Positions 8,283 through 20,293 are shown, numbered from the stretch's first letter. The stretch is 64,000 nt of DNA from an uncultured Ignavibacteria bacterium (GCA_963780165.1 CAWABB010000006.1:395499-459498), one strand, 5' to 3'. Notes: generated from the letters alone by a model not told the origin. A program made the numbers and translations.

Positions 8283-10505
8283 TTATCCCCCGGGTTTGAG
8301 GAACAGGATCCCGAGCGGCGGAAGCGTGAGGCTTATCGAATGCTCACGCCCGTGCTGGGGGATGGGCTCCGACGCAACAATCCCGCCGTTCCCCACGTTT
8401 CCGCCCCCGTAGGCGGCGGAATCGCTGTTCAGGAACTCCCTGTAGAGGCCGGGAGCGGGAACCCCGACCCGGTAGCCCTTGCGAGGGATCGGAGTGAAGT
8501 TGCAGACCAACACGACAGTCTCCGCAGGATTGTCGCTGCGCCGCTCGAACGATATGACGCTCGAAGCGCTGTCGTGGAAGTCGATCCACTGGAAGCCCGA
8601 GTAGTGGAAGTCGATCTGGTGCATCGCAGGGTAGGAGCGGTATGCGGCGTGGAGATCGCGGACCCAGTGTTGCACGCCCTGATGGGGCGGGTACTGAAGG
8701 AGGTGCCAGTCGATGCTCTTTTCATGGTACCACTCGTCCCATTGCCCGAAGTCGTCGCCCATGAACAGGAGCTTCTTCCCCGGGAAACAGAACATGAGAC
8801 CGTACAGAAGACGCAGGTTTGCGAACTTCTGCCACGGATCGCCAGGCATCTTTGACAGAATCGCGGCCTTGCCGTGCACCACCTCGTCGTGTGAGAGCGG
8901 AAGCTGGAACTTCTCGCTGAACGCATACAGCAGCACGAACGTGAGATTCCGGTGGTGGTGCGAGCGGTGCACGGGATCCTTCGAGAAGTACTCGAGCATG
9001 TCGTGCATCCAGCCCATGTTCCATTTCAGGTCGAACCCCAGCCCACCGTATTCCAGGCTGTTGGTCACGCCGGGCCACGCCGTGGACTCTTCGGCGATCG
9101 TGAGGACGCCCGGATGGAAACGGTGGACGACGGAGTTGAGGTACTTGATCAGCTCGACCGCTTCGAGGTTCTCGCGGCCGCCGTACTGGTTCGGGATCCA
9201 CTCCCCTTCCTTCCGGGAGTAGTCGAGATAGAGCATGGAAGCGACGGCGTCAATGCGGAGGCCGTCGATGTGATAGTATTCGAGCCAGAACAATGCGCTC
9301 CCAATCAGGAAGTTGCGGACCTCGTTCCGTCCGTAGTTGAAGATGAGCGTGCCCCAATCCATGTGCTCGCCCTTCCTCGGATCCGCGTGCTCATACAGGT
9401 GCGAGCCGTCGAACCATCCGAGGCCGTGCGGGTCCTTCGGGAAATGTGCCGGCACCCAATCGAGAATGACGCCGATCCCGTTTGTGTGGCAGTAGTCCAC
9501 GAAGTACATGAAGTCCGCCGGCTGGCCGAACCGGCTGGTGGGCGCGAAGTACCCCGTCACCTGGTATCCCCACGAGGCGTCCAGAGGATGCTCCTGGATG
9601 GGCATCAACTCAATGTGGGTGTAGCCGACCGACTTGACGTACTCGACAAGGTCGTGAGCGAGCTGCCGGTATCCCAGCCATGCATTGCCCTCGCCTCGTT
9701 TCCATGAGCCCAGGTGCACTTCGTAGACCGAGATCGGCTGCGCGGTGTGGTCGGTATGGGCACGCGTGTTCATCCAGTCCTGGTCGTGCCACTCGAAGTT
9801 GCGGAGGAAGTTGACGGTTGCGGCGGTTCTCGGCCTGACCTCCATCTGCGTGGCGTACGGGTCGGTCTTGTCGAGGACGAAACCCGTTTGCGTCTTGACC
9901 TGGAACTTGTAGACGGATCCTTCGGGAAGCCCGGGCACAAAGAGTTCCCACACCCCCGACGAGCCGAGCACGCGCATCGCATGCCGGCGCCGATCCCATC
10001 CGTTAAAGTCTCCGATCACGCTGACCGTGCGCGCTGACGGCGCCCAGACCGCGAACTGTACGCCCCCCACGCCATTCACCTCCGCGTAATGGGCGCCGAG
10101 CTTCTCGAAGATCCTGGTGTGGTCCCCCTTGTTGAAGAGGTAGAGATCGAAATCGGTCAGCGTCGGAAGGAATGCGTACGAATCATGAAAGACCGTCTCC
10201 CCGCCATCCGGGAGAAAGCGCTTCAGCTTGTACGGGACGACGTCCTTCACGCCGCGCAGGACCACTTCGAAGAACCCCTCGGGATGCACCTGCTCGAGCG
10301 GATATTCCGTCTTCCCGTTCACCGGCTGGTCCAGGACCACCGCGGCCGCCGGAGATCCCGGAAGGAACGCCCGGATGGCGAGCGCCTTCGCGCCGCCGAC
10401 TGTCACGGGATGCGCGCCGAGCACGGAGAACGGATCGTGGTGATCCGTATGAATGACTCTGTAGACGTCTTCCGTCGAAGCCGTTGTCTTCATGGGTGAT
10501 CGCAT
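8283..10505 (-). CDS. glgB: 1,4-alpha-glucan branching enzyme (GH13)
   Basis: 740 aa; GH13 branching-enzyme blocks ([42 protein letters not shown]). Confidence 0.9.
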   Translation of the reverse strand: MRSPMKTTASTEDVYRVIHTDHHDPFSVLGAHPVTVGGAKALAIRAFLPGSPAAAVVLDQPVNGKTEYPLEQVHPEGFFEVVLRGVKDVVPYKLKRFLPDGGETVFHDSYAFLPTLTDFDLYLFNKGDHTRIFEKLGAHYAEVNGVGGVQFAVWAPSARTVSVIGDFNGWDRRRHAMRVLGSSGVWELFVPGLPEGSVYKFQVKTQTGFVLDKTDPYATQMEVRPRTAATVNFLRNFEWHDQDWMNTRAHTDHTAQPISVYEVHLGSWKRGEGNAWLGYRQLAHDLVEYVKSVGYTHIELMPIQEHPLDASWGYQVTGYFAPTSRFGQPADFMYFVDYCHTNGIGVILDWVPAHFPKDPHGLGWFDGSHLYEHADPRKGEHMDWGTLIFNYGRNEVRNFLIGSALFWLEYYHIDGLRIDAVASMLYLDYSRKEGEWIPNQYGGRENLEAVELIKYLNSVVHRFHPGVLTIAEESTAWPGVTNSLEYGGLGFDLKWNMGWMHDMLEYFSKDPVHRSHHHRNLTFVLLYAFSEKFQLPLSHDEVVHGKAAILSKMPGDPWQKFANLRLLYGLMFCFPGKKLLFMGDDFGQWDEWYHEKSIDWHLLQYPPHQGVQHWVRDLHAAYRSYPAMHQIDFHYSGFQWIDFHDSASSVISFERRSDNPAETVVLVCNFTPIPRKGYRVGVPAPGLYREFLNSDSAAYGGGNVGNGGIVASEPIPQHGREHSISLTLPPLGILFLKPGG

Positions 10506-10543
10506 GGATGTATCCGAAAGAACGGTGTGAGAAGCGATGATGG

Positions 10544-11877
10544 TCAGTCTTCGAGCCGTGCGGGCGTGTTTCCGGGTTCTCCGAGGAGCCCGGGGGCCTC
10601 CTCCGCCGGCAGGGTCTGGACCGCTTTCAGTTTGCGCTCGATCTGGCGCGTTCGCGTCGCTGCGCTTTCGATGCTGGAGCTCGCCTCGTCGAGTTTCCGC
10701 TTTGTCTTGTCAAGGATTTCGCCGAACCGCCCGAACTCGGTCTTCACGGCGGCGAGCAGCGCCCAGACCTCGCTCGAACGTCGCTCGATGGCAAGCGTCC
10801 TGAAGCCCATCTGCAGGCTGTTCAGGATTGCCGTCAGCGTCGTCGGTCCCGCAATCGTCACGCGATATTCGCGCTGGAGTGTATCCGACAACCCGGCCCG
10901 CCGGATCACCTCGGCAAAGAGCCCCTCCGTCGGAAGGAACATGATCGCAAAGTCCGTCGTCCTGGGCGGGTCGAGGTACTTTTCGCGGATCGTCTTCCCC
11001 TCCAGCTTGATCCGAGCCTCGAGCATGCGTCCGGCCTCCTCAACGAGCGGGGCGTTGGCTTGCTCCTGCGCATCGAGGAGCCGCTGATAATCCTCGAGGG
11101 GAAACTTCGCGTCCACAGGGAGCCAGACAGGCTCGTGATCGTCAAGGGATCTTCCCGGCAGGCGAATGGCGAACTCCACCCGGTCATGAGATCCGAGCTT
11201 CGTCACGACATTGCTGGCATACTGTTCCGGAGTGAGGATCTGATCCAGCAACGTGCCGAGCTGAACCTCGCCCCAGGTCCCGCGGGTTTTGATGTTGGTG
11301 AGGACCTTCTTCAGATCGCCGACGCCCGAGGCGAGCGTCTGCATCTCCCCCAGTCCCTGGGCGACGCGATCCAGCTGTTCCGATACCTGCCTGAAGGAAT
11401 GCCCGAGCCTCGTCTCGAGCGTGGTTTGAAGTTTCTCGTCGACCGTGAACCGCATGGCTTCGAGCTTGCGGCTGTTGTCCTCCTGGAGGATTTGCAGCCG
11501 TTGCTCCATCGTGGTCCGGACCGCCTCGATGCGCGCGTCCAGTGTCTGGCTCATGCCAGAGAGCTGGTTCCCGAACGTATCGAGTTGGTCCTTCTGGAGT
11601 CTGGCGATTTCCATGACGCTTCCGCCCAGCGAATCGGCCAGGGATCTGAAAGAACCGGCCATTTCTTCGCGGTCATGGTGAGCCGTCGTGGTGGCTTCCA
11701 CCCTGTTCCGGCCGATTTCGTCCCGGAGACCCCGGTCCAATCGTTCGAGGGCGTCCCCGAGGGCCTTGACGCGCTCCTCCAACGAGCGGGCCGAGCCGGT
11801 CCGCATCAGGAGAACGACCAGGAGGGCGAGCGCTATCAGGAGTGCGACGACAGCAACGATCAGCAAGGTGTCAATCA
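10544..11877 (-). CDS. rmuC: DNA recombination protein RmuC
   Basis: ORF 10544..12139. The conserved part starts at [25 protein letters not shown] (N-terminal TM helix). It is followed by long coiled-coil and the RmuC C-terminal region. The upstream extension is likely non-coding. Confidence 0.75.
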
Positions 11878-12185
11878 TGGCGGGGATGCGCGGTTGGTGG
11901 AATATACGAGGAAGGCAGAGAAAAGCAATGCAGGGGTCAGGGCCGGGCCATTGGGCAACGAGGGATGGGGGCGTCCGGTGACAAGGGACAGGCCATCTGG
12001 CAACGAGTGCCGTTCGTCGAAGGGCAGACAGCGAGAAAGGGCGCCAGGACATCGTCCCCCCCGGGGGGGATGGCGAGCGCTGGGGCGGGTAGCGTACACA
12101 CAGAAACGGCCGGTCAGGTGACACCATGACCGGCCGCAACAGTGCACAGATCGTCAGCCATGCCGGCAGGCACGGCTGCGGAACA

Positions 12186-12539
12186 TCAGTTCGTCAGGAG
12201 AACGGAAGCGATCGCATCCTTGAGCGCGTCCTTTGGCAGCGCGCCCATGGCCATCTGGGGCTGCCCCTCCTTTGGGACAAAGAGGATGGACGGGATGCTC
12301 CGGATGCCGAACATTGCGGCAAGCTCCTGCTCCTTGTCGGTGTCGATCTTGTAAATGTTGACCTTGCCCGCATATTCCTTCGAGAGCTCTTCGAGGACCG
12401 GCGCCACGGCGCGGCAGGGACCACACCAGTCGGCATAGAAGTCGATAATGGCGGGAAGCTCCCCTTCATACTTCCAATCCTTGTGCTTCTCGAAATCGAA
12501 GATCTTCTCGCGGAACGTGTCTTTTGTGAGCTTTTCCAT
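12186..12539 (-). CDS. trxA: thioredoxin
   Basis: 117 aa with WCGPC active site (FYADWCGPCRAVAP). Confidence 0.9.
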   Translation of the reverse strand: MEKLTKDTFREKIFDFEKHKDWKYEGELPAIIDFYADWCGPCRAVAPVLEELSKEYAGKVNIYKIDTDKEQELAAMFGIRSIPSILFVPKEGQPQMAMGALPKDALKDAIASVLLTN

Positions 12540-12735
12540 GGGCCTCTCTGTTCTGATATGTCACGCGTACTCGTTGTATCAGATTAGATGCAGAAAGGCA
12601 AGCGAGGGGGTCAAGGCCCCGGACCCCCGGAAAGCGGGCGAACGGGGCGCCCCGGCGCATCCGGAGCTCTCTGGCAACCCCGGAGCCCTCCCCGGGTCGG
12701 TACCCCGGGCCGGCACGCCCCGCCACCCGACGAGA

Positions 12736-12963
12736 CTACTGCGCCACCGCAGCCGCCGCATCCGCGACCGCCTGCCTGAACTGCTCTATGCTCTCGCCAA
12801 ACACCCGGAGCGTCGTCCGCTGACGCTTGTCGTCATTGTCGATGCGGCTCTCGGATATGGAAAGGTACTTTGCTCCGTTCTTCGCCTCCTTGACGTCGAC
12901 GAAGTAGGTCGTTCGCCCCGCGCGCACGACCGAGGAGTACAGGGAGCTGGTGGTGGTTGCCAA
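12736..12963 (-). CDS. DUF3276 / Pur-alpha-like nucleic-acid-binding protein
   Basis: 75 aa: LYSSVVRAGRTTYFVDVKEAKNGAKYLSISESR. This pattern matches the bacterial PUR-like family common in the FCB group. Confidence 0.6.
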   Translation of the reverse strand: MATTTSSLYSSVVRAGRTTYFVDVKEAKNGAKYLSISESRIDNDDKRQRTTLRVFGESIEQFRQAVADAAAAVAQ

Positions 12964-13099
12964 GAAGTCCTCCGGGTTTCACGATGCAACATCCGTTCTG
13001 AGCCGCGCCATGGATATCGGCGGCTGCTCACCAGGACTACACCGCAGGAGGGGGATTTCCGAATGAAGAAAACGACGGGGGCAAGCGGGAGGACAACTC

Positions 13100-14505
13100 T
13101 TACTGGTTCGCCAGGATCGCCGCAAGCAGCGCCATCACGATCGCGCCCATTTCCAGCTCGCGCGGATGCACGCCTTCGATCGTGTCGTTGGCAGAATGGT
13201 GGTAGTCGAAGTACCGGTGGTCTTCCACGACGAGTCCGACGCCGGGGACGCCTGTGGACACGAGCGGACTGATGTCGACCCCGCTCCCGCCCTTGACGAT
13301 TCGACCCGCCCCCAGCTCCGCGAACAGCGGGGCCCAACGCGACAACCGGAGCACGGTCATCGTATCGGCTTCCACGGAGAGGCCGCGGGGCGCAAACGCG
13401 CCGCGGTCGGCCTCGATCGCGGCCACGTGTCGTTCGGCCGCCCTTGCCGGCGCCTTCACGTACGCTCTTCCACCCCTCAGGCCGTTCTCCTCGTTCATGA
13501 ACATCACGGCCCGGATGGTTCGCTTCGGCTTGAACCCGACGCGCTGGAGGAGATCCAGCGTCTCGATCGCCTGCATGCAGCCCCCGCCGTCGTCGTGAGC
13601 CCCATGCCCCTTGTCCCACGAATCGAGGTGTCCACCCACAACCACGATCTCGTCCGGCTTCTCAGAGCCGACGAGTTCACCCAGGACGTTCCCCGACGGC
13701 GCGTCCGGGAGCGTGCGGGCCGAGAGACGCATCCGGAGGCGGACCACGCCTTCGACCTTCAGCAATTGGCTGAGCGAATCTGCGTCGAGCGTGCTGACCG
13801 CCAGCGCCGGAATTCTTGTGACGCTGTCAGCGTACGACATCGAGCCCGTGTGCGGCACATCGTCGCGCGCGAGCGTAACCGACCGAACGATCACGCCTGT
13901 AGCGCCGGCGCGAGCGGCTTCGATCGCGCCCCCCGATCGCTGGTCGACCGCACCGCCATACCCCTGGAACGTGTTGAGAGGGGTGGGGTCCATCGGCCTG
14001 TTGTAGAAGATGATGGCTCCCCGTGCCCTCTCGCCAAGAGATTTCACCTCCTGCAGCGACCTCACCTCGATCACCGGCCCGGTCACACCGTCCGCATCCG
14101 TCCCGATGCTGCCGCCGAGCGCGCACACATCGAGGCGGATCTCCGCCCGCCTCTGCTCCGCGAGCACCACCGCCTCCTCGACAGGGCCGCGCTCCCAGTG
14201 CGGAACCATCACCGATTCTACGCGGACGTGCGAGAACCCCAGCCGTCTCATCATTTCCGCGGTGAGCGACACCGCACGCTCGGCTCCCGCAGACCCGCTC
14301 AGGCGAAGCGGCGCTTCCCGTACAAGCTCGGCCAGGAGTGCGTGCGACCTGCAGTCGCGAAGGCCCTCCGCAACAAGCCGTCCGCTCAGCGCATGGTACT
14401 CGGCCGGGAGTGAGTCAGGTATGGCGTCAACCGGTCGTGCCGGAGTTCCGTCCGCGGCACGCGCGGGGACGCCGGGCGACAATAAGAGAAGGGCGAGAAG
14501 GAGTG
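13100..14505 (-). CDS. M28-family zinc aminopeptidase with PA domain, secreted
   Basis: ORF 13100..14875. The real start is probably MVPTLLLALLLLSPGVPARA (signal peptide) at ~14505. M28 metal-binding blocks GGHLDSWDKGHGAHDDGGG and MFMNEENGLRGG are present. Confidence 0.8.
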
Positions 14506-14609
14506 TGGGCACCATGCAGTCGAACGCCGGGCCGGCGGACCTGCAGCGAAGAGTTTCCGCGGGGAGACAGCCGGCGCGGAACCACGTCAACGGACGACTT
14601 CGGACCATC

Positions 14610-15641
14610 TCAGATCCCGTACCTCGTGCGGATGCCCGGGATGAGGTACTCGTCGAACGCCCGTGCGAGCGAGAACCCCGGGGTGAATCCCCAATCGCGT
14701 CGCGCAGCCGCATCGTCCACATCCTCCGGCCACGAATCCACGATCGCCTGCCGCTTGTCATCCGGCTTGAACGATATCGACGCGTCCACGAACTGGCGCA
14801 TGACGATATCCCTGATATCGCCCGCGGAGGGATTGAAACTTGTGATGTTGTAGACGGGCCGCGTAAGCTTCTCACGCGGCGCCCGTTCGAGCGCGAGCAG
14901 CGCCTCGATCCCGTCCGGCATGGCCATGAACGGAATGCGCACGTCCTCCCGCACGAAGCAGGCGTACGGCTTCTTCTGGGCAGCGGAGTGCAGCATCTCG
15001 GGGGCGTAGTCGCTCGTCCCCCCGCTCGGCACGGTCACCGCGCTGATCAGGCCCGGAAACCTGATGCACCTGAAATCGACCCCGCCCCGTTCAGCATCCG
15101 AGGCGAGCTGACGGTAGTGCGTCGAGTAGTAGCGACCCAGGTGCTCGCAGTAGAGCTTGTTGCATCCGTACATCGTGATCGGAGTGTTCCACTGCTCCTC
15201 GGCAACCCTGCCCGCCCGGTGTTTGGCCTCGACGGACGGGAGACCGTACACCGCGATCGACGACGGGAACAGGAACTTGACCGGAGACCCGTGCCAGCGC
15301 GACTGCTCGATCGCGATCTTCAACAGCACCATGGTGCCTTCCACGTTCACCCGGTGCGCGGCTTCAGGCGTGAACTCGGCCCGCGTCGAGAGCAACGCGG
15401 CAAGGTGATAGATCGCGTGAATCTCAAACTCGCTCTGCAATCGCTCCATGAGTCGCTGATCCAGGATGTCGCCCACGATCGCCGTGGCGCACCGCTTGCG
15501 GATGTGGTCGTCCACCGGACGGACGTCGACTGCGATGATCGTCGGGGACCCGATGTCTGTCAGCCGCTCGATAAGGCCATGCCCCATCTCCCCGTTGGCG
15601 CCTGTGATGAGCGTGGCTGGAGTCCGGATGGAATTGGTCAT
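14610..15641 (-). CDS. NAD-dependent epimerase/dehydratase family protein, L-threonine 3-dehydrogenase-like (extended SDR)
   Basis: ORF 14610..15869. Start at MTNSIRTPATLITGANGEMGHGL (ATG 15641). Rossmann and YxxxK context are SDR-like. The upstream part of the track ORF is extension. Confidence 0.7.
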   Translation of the reverse strand: MTNSIRTPATLITGANGEMGHGLIERLTDIGSPTIIAVDVRPVDDHIRKRCATAIVGDILDQRLMERLQSEFEIHAIYHLAALLSTRAEFTPEAAHRVNVEGTMVLLKIAIEQSRWHGSPVKFLFPSSIAVYGLPSVEAKHRAGRVAEEQWNTPITMYGCNKLYCEHLGRYYSTHYRQLASDAERGGVDFRCIRFPGLISAVTVPSGGTSDYAPEMLHSAAQKKPYACFVREDVRIPFMAMPDGIEALLALERAPREKLTRPVYNITSFNPSAGDIRDIVMRQFVDASISFKPDDKRQAIVDSWPEDVDDAAARRDWGFTPGFSLARAFDEYLIPGIRTRYGI

Positions 15642-15762
15642 AGGAGTCTGCTGGAAAGTGCTGAGGTTGTGGTGAGGCAAGCGGAGAGAAGATACAAAAC
15701 GGCTGATGGATTTGCCAGGGGCCAGAAACAGCAGCGGGCCCTGAGCGGGCCCGCAGACACCA

Positions 15763-16218
15763 TTAATAGATGGGGGTCCCGGATTGCCCCCGTGTAAGAT
15801 TGCGGTCGCCGGGTTTGACCCTGATCCCGCTGGGCGGCATCTTGGGGCGCTTCTCCTCGGGCGTCGCAAGGTACACCACCCAATCCAACAACTCCTCGAT
15901 CGGCCGCCCCTTCTTCAGGAAGCCGTCATACCGCGGGTCTCTCACGGCACTCATCGTGTGTACGTCGTCGAACGCCGACACGAAGAGAACCGGAAGCTTC
16001 TCGAAGCGCGGCAGGCTCCTGAGTTTGCGATGGAACTTGATCCCGTCCATGCGCGGCATATAGATGTCGGCAATGATGAGGTCCACCGCTCCCTCCTCCA
16101 GCTTCTCAAGGGCCTCGACGCCGTCTTCAGCCAGAACGACGGCATGCCCTTCCGCACCAAGAATGCTTCGAATGACGAGACGGTAATCCGGCTCGTCGTC
16201 CACAACGAGTATGGTCAT
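15763..16218 (-). CDS. single-domain response regulator (CheY-like receiver)
   Basis: 151 aa: MTILVVDDEPDYRLVIRSIL...DLIIADIYMPRMDG. No output domain and no adjacent kinase. Confidence 0.8.
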   Translation of the reverse strand: MTILVVDDEPDYRLVIRSILGAEGHAVVLAEDGVEALEKLEEGAVDLIIADIYMPRMDGIKFHRKLRSLPRFEKLPVLFVSAFDDVHTMSAVRDPRYDGFLKKGRPIEELLDWVVYLATPEEKRPKMPPSGIRVKPGDRNLTRGQSGTPIY

Positions 16219-16394
16219 CGTGCTCCCCGACCGATCTGTCCTGTTCTTGCGCTACACTCTTACACAATCCGTACCCAAATCCCCGGACCGGTAATGTGCA
16301 GACATCGCGTAGCAATATGGTCAATCGGCGCGGGAGAACCCTTGTCCCAGGTCACGCCGGTGAAAATTGTAGAGATTACAGCCGATCCGCGATC

Positions 16395-17528
16395 TCACCT
16401 GTCGTACCTTCGCCACACTCTGGCAGTTATTGCGCACGTCACTTCGTATGGGATTGTCCCGAGGATCTCCCCGACATCCCAGCCCGAAATCGATTCCGGC
16501 CCATCTGTCCCGATCAGTGTCACGGTGTCACCTTCCTCAACGTCCGTCACCGCGCCCAGGTCCGCCATGATGTGGTCCATGCAGATCGTGCCGATGACCG
16601 GGAATCGTCTGCCTCTGATGAGAACAGAGGTGCGGTTCGTCAGGGGCCGGAAGTAGCCGTCGGCATACCCGACAGGGATCGTCGCGATCGCAGTCCTTCC
16701 GCCGGTGAAGTACCGTCTCGCGTACGAGATACTCACCCCGGCATCGACGTACTTGAGATGGGAGACGCGCGAGCGGAGGCTCATGACGGGCTTCACGGGA
16801 AACCGTTCTGGCATGCCATTCCCGGGGGCATATCCATAGAGCATGATTCCGGGGCGTACCATGTCGAAGCGGGCTTCCGGCATCGAGATGATCGCGCCGC
16901 TGTTCGCCATGTGGCGGAGCTGGACATCGATGTTGCGGCGGCCGAGCTCCTCGAGGATCGCCTCAAAGCGCTTGCGTTGCGCATCGGCGAATGTGCGGTC
17001 GGACTCCTCCGAAGTTGCGAAGTGGCTGTACACACCTACGAGGTCGATCCCTCGCTCTCTGGCGACCTGCTCGACGAAATCGGCCGCCTGCCGGTCGGCA
17101 ACGCCGAGCCGGCCCATGCCGGTGTCCACCTTGACGTGGACGCGCGCCGTGCCTGACGATCGCGCGGCGGACGCCAGCGCATCAAGCCCGCGCCTGTCCA
17201 TCACGGTCAGATCGAGGCCATACCCCAGGGCCGTGTGAAGGTGCGCCTCCTCGGTCTTCTCGAAGACCAGGATCGGCGCCGTCACGCCTCCCTCCCGCAA
17301 TTCAATCCCCTCGTGGTAGCGCGCGACCGCCAGGCGTTCCACGCCGTGTGCGACCGCTTCGATTGCCATCCGCACCGCCCCGTGCCCGTACGCGTTCGCC
17401 TTGACCACGGCCATGATCGCGACGCCCGGTCCGGCGTAGGCGCGCACCGCATCGATGTTCGACCGGAAGGCCGGAAGATCGATTTCGGCGCGCGTCGCGT
17501 GGGATACCTGAAGCTCATCAAGTGCCAT
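16395..17528 (-). CDS. alr: alanine racemase (PLP-dependent)
   Basis: 377 aa with PLP-lysine motif AVVKANAYGHGA and the racemase C-terminal beta domain. Confidence 0.9.
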   Translation of the reverse strand: MALDELQVSHATRAEIDLPAFRSNIDAVRAYAGPGVAIMAVVKANAYGHGAVRMAIEAVAHGVERLAVARYHEGIELREGGVTAPILVFEKTEEAHLHTALGYGLDLTVMDRRGLDALASAARSSGTARVHVKVDTGMGRLGVADRQAADFVEQVARERGIDLVGVYSHFATSEESDRTFADAQRKRFEAILEELGRRNIDVQLRHMANSGAIISMPEARFDMVRPGIMLYGYAPGNGMPERFPVKPVMSLRSRVSHLKYVDAGVSISYARRYFTGGRTAIATIPVGYADGYFRPLTNRTSVLIRGRRFPVIGTICMDHIMADLGAVTDVEEGDTVTLIGTDGPESISGWDVGEILGTIPYEVTCAITARVWRRYDR

Positions 17529-17736
17529 TGAGTCCCCTCCCTCTGTTTCGAATATCCGGAGGGATGTTCACTTTCGCAAGCCGCTGCATCGTGAACCACT
17601 CGCCGGCGTGACGTGCACTGCGAACCGGCGCGCTGCCGGCCCTCCGCCGTTGCATCTTGAGCCTTGCTTCGCTAGTATTCGTCACGCTCCGATCTTTCCT
17701 GCTCATCGTATACCCTCCATCCCTCGGAGACCTTTC

Positions 17737-19839
17737 ATGCACCGCACATTGAGCGTTCTTCGACTTTGGCTGCTAACCGCACTCGCATGCCATGCGCTCC
17801 CGGATGCCGCCATGGCGCAATCCGTCGGCAAGAGGCCTTTCGCGATCTCTCATTTATATGACATCCGGGACGTCAGCGATCCCCAGTGCTCCCCCGACGG
17901 ATCGCGCGTTGCGTTCGTGGTGGGCGAGAATAGTCTCGCCGACGCGACCTCGAACTCAGACCTCTATGTCTGCACGCCCGACGGCAAACGGATGACGCGC
18001 ATGACATCCGACAGGGCGTCGGACTCGTCCCCACGCTGGTCGCCGGACGGGAGCCAGATGCTGTTCATCTCCACGCGCTCCGGAAGCGCCCAGGCATGGG
18101 TCCTCCCGGCGGACGGCGGGGAACCCCGGCAGGTGACGAAGTTCGAGCAGGGCGTCGGCGACATCGCCTGGATGCCGGACGGGAAATCGTTCCTCTTCAC
18201 CAGCGCCGTCTATCCCGAATGTGGCGCAGACAACGACTGCAACAAGACGATCACGCGCGACGCGGAGTCCGGACCGCTCAAGGCGCACCTTGCAGACCGC
18301 CTGCTCTTCCGCCACTGGAACTCGTGGTCAGCGATGAAACGGACGCATATCTTCCGCGGAGATGTCGCCACCGGAGCGGTCATCGACCTCACACCCGGGG
18401 ACTTCGACTCTCCGGCGTTCTCCACCGGCGGAGGAGGATACGATGTCTCACCTGACGGGAAAGAGATTTGCGTGGCTTCAAACCGCGATAGCAACGAAGC
18501 CGAAACGACCAACAAGGACCTCTGGCTGATCCCCGTGGCGGGAGGGTCTCCGGTGAACATCACGGACGCCAACGAGGCGTACGACGGCAACCCGGCGTAC
18601 TCGCCCGACGGGAAGTTCATCGCGTACAGGACGCAGGCCATTCCGGCGTACGAGGCCGATCGGTTCCGGATCGCGCTGTACGAGCGGTCGACGGGGCGGT
18701 CCCGCTTCCTGACGGACGGCTTCGACAACTGGGTCAACGACATGCGCTGGAGCCCTGACTCGAGGGCGCTCTACTTTACGGCCGACGTGAAGGGTCATGT
18801 CCCGCTCTACCGACTCGACATCCCCTCGGGGGCAATCGCGCAGGTCGTGGACGCCAGAACCATCGACCAGTTCGCCCTTACGCCGAACGGCCGGGAGGTA
18901 TACCTCATTCGCCGCTCCGTCGGGGAGCCGCGCGAGCTCTGGAGCGCGGACATCTCGGGCAAGAACCTGCGTCGCGTCACCACGTTTAACAAGTCCGTAG
19001 AGGACAGCGTCGATATCCGCCCCGCCGAGGAGATCTGGATACCGTCGCCCACGGGTAAGCTCATCCATACGTTCATCGTGAAGCCGCACGGGTTCGATCC
19101 CGGCAAGAAGTACCCCCTCATCCTCAACGTCCACGGAGGCCCGCAGACCCAGTGGGCGGACGCGTTTCGCGGCGACTGGCAGGTATACCCCGGCGCCGGT
19201 TACATCGTCGCCTTCCCGAACCCGCACGGCTCCACAGGATACGGACAGGAGTTCACGGCCGCGATCTCAAAGGATTGGGGAGGAAAAGTATACGCGGACG
19301 TGATGGCTGTAGCGGACTCCCTTTCCCGGTTGCCGTGGGTGGATGCGGAGCGCATGGGAGCGATGGGGTGGTCGTTTGGCGGGTATATGATGATGTGGAT
19401 GGAGGGCCACACCACCCGGTTCAAGGCACTCGCAGCAATGATGGGCCTGTACAACCTGAAGGCGTTCCATGGCGCGACGGAAGAGCTCTGGTTTCCCGAA
19501 TGGGACCTCGGGGGTGTGCCGTGGGAGTCGGACCTGTACGAGCGGTGGTCGCCGAATCTCCACGTCAAAAATTTCGCGACGCCCTGCCTGATCATCACCG
19601 GCCAGCGCGACTTCCGCGTCCCGTACACGCAGAGTCTCGAATTCTTCACCGACCTGCAGCGCCGGCGGGTTCCGTCGCGGCTGATCGTGTTCGAGAACGA
19701 CGGGCACTGGCCGAGCCACCTGAAGTCCATGCCCCTCTACTATAACGCGCACCTGGAATGGTTCGAGACGTACCTCGGAGGGGGAAAGGCTCCGTACAAC
19801 TCCGAAGAGAGCGTGAAACGCGGGAGAATGACGAAGTAA
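17737..19839 (+). CDS. S9 family serine peptidase (prolyl oligopeptidase / acylaminoacyl-peptidase type) with N-terminal TolB-like beta-propeller, secreted
   Basis: ORF 17608..19839. Start at ATG 17737 (MHRTLSVLRLWLLTALACHA, a signal peptide). Repeated SPDG(S/K) PD40 motifs. C-terminal alpha/beta-hydrolase with GWSFGGYM nucleophile elbow. Confidence 0.85.
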   Translation: MHRTLSVLRLWLLTALACHALPDAAMAQSVGKRPFAISHLYDIRDVSDPQCSPDGSRVAFVVGENSLADATSNSDLYVCTPDGKRMTRMTSDRASDSSPRWSPDGSQMLFISTRSGSAQAWVLPADGGEPRQVTKFEQGVGDIAWMPDGKSFLFTSAVYPECGADNDCNKTITRDAESGPLKAHLADRLLFRHWNSWSAMKRTHIFRGDVATGAVIDLTPGDFDSPAFSTGGGGYDVSPDGKEICVASNRDSNEAETTNKDLWLIPVAGGSPVNITDANEAYDGNPAYSPDGKFIAYRTQAIPAYEADRFRIALYERSTGRSRFLTDGFDNWVNDMRWSPDSRALYFTADVKGHVPLYRLDIPSGAIAQVVDARTIDQFALTPNGREVYLIRRSVGEPRELWSADISGKNLRRVTTFNKSVEDSVDIRPAEEIWIPSPTGKLIHTFIVKPHGFDPGKKYPLILNVHGGPQTQWADAFRGDWQVYPGAGYIVAFPNPHGSTGYGQEFTAAISKDWGGKVYADVMAVADSLSRLPWVDAERMGAMGWSFGGYMMMWMEGHTTRFKALAAMMGLYNLKAFHGATEELWFPEWDLGGVPWESDLYERWSPNLHVKNFATPCLIITGQRDFRVPYTQSLEFFTDLQRRRVPSRLIVFENDGHWPSHLKSMPLYYNAHLEWFETYLGGGKAPYNSEESVKRGRMTK

Positions 19840-19873
19840 CTGGACGCCGTCCGAGGATTCCGTTGAAACGAAG

Positions 19874-20260
19874 CTAGGCCAAAGGCCCGCGACCCGAGGG
19901 GGACCCTTCGGAGGGAGAGTCCTCATCCCTGGCAATACGCTCAAGGATTGCCCGGCGCAGGGCTTCCTCGTCGGGGGTATGATGTGCGAGAGACGCGCCA
20001 TCCGCAGGCTGTGCCTTGAGATCGGCTGGGTCGTCTGGGTGCTGCGCAGGGCCTGTCGCATCGCCGGGCTGCGCGGGATGAGCGTCGTCCGCGATGTAGA
20101 GCGCGGCACACATCCCACCCATTCGGCGCCCTTCGATGTGGCACCGGAAGGCGTGGGCGCGAAGGGCCTCAAGGTCCTTTGCCTCGGGCGAAAAGCAGAA
20201 ATCCTCGAGCTTCTCCCCGCATGCCGTACAGAAGACCGGTTGTCGCGCCGTCTGGCTCAT
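19874..20260 (-). CDS. hypothetical Cys/His-containing small protein (128 aa)
   Basis: ORF only. N-terminal CTACGEK...CH...C could be a zinc ribbon. The C-terminal half is low-complexity and Pro/Asp/Ala-rich. No family recognised. Confidence 0.35.
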   Translation of the reverse strand: MSQTARQPVFCTACGEKLEDFCFSPEAKDLEALRAHAFRCHIEGRRMGGMCAALYIADDAHPAQPGDATGPAQHPDDPADLKAQPADGASLAHHTPDEEALRRAILERIARDEDSPSEGSPSGRGPLA

Positions 20261-20293
20261 ATTTTAAAATACTGAATATCCCGGCCACTTGCC

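Noticed and set aside
8340-10499. Multiple internal ORFs opposite and within glgB (8340..8855 +, 8952..9707 +, 10089..10499 +)
   Set aside because: Fully embedded antisense ORFs without homology. glgB is unambiguous.
12588-13100. Overlapping ORFs in the GC-rich stretch between trxA and the M28 peptidase (12448..13272 +, 12588..12779 +, 12466..12726 -)
   Set aside because: Low-complexity, mutually overlapping in several frames. Only the 75-aa DUF3276 ORF (12736..12963) has family-like sequence.
13166-15797. ORFs 13166..14413 (+) and 14010..15797 (+, 595 aa) opposite the M28 peptidase and epimerase
   Set aside because: Low-complexity R/P/A/G-rich translations with no recognisable domains, fully overlapped by well-supported minus-strand genes.
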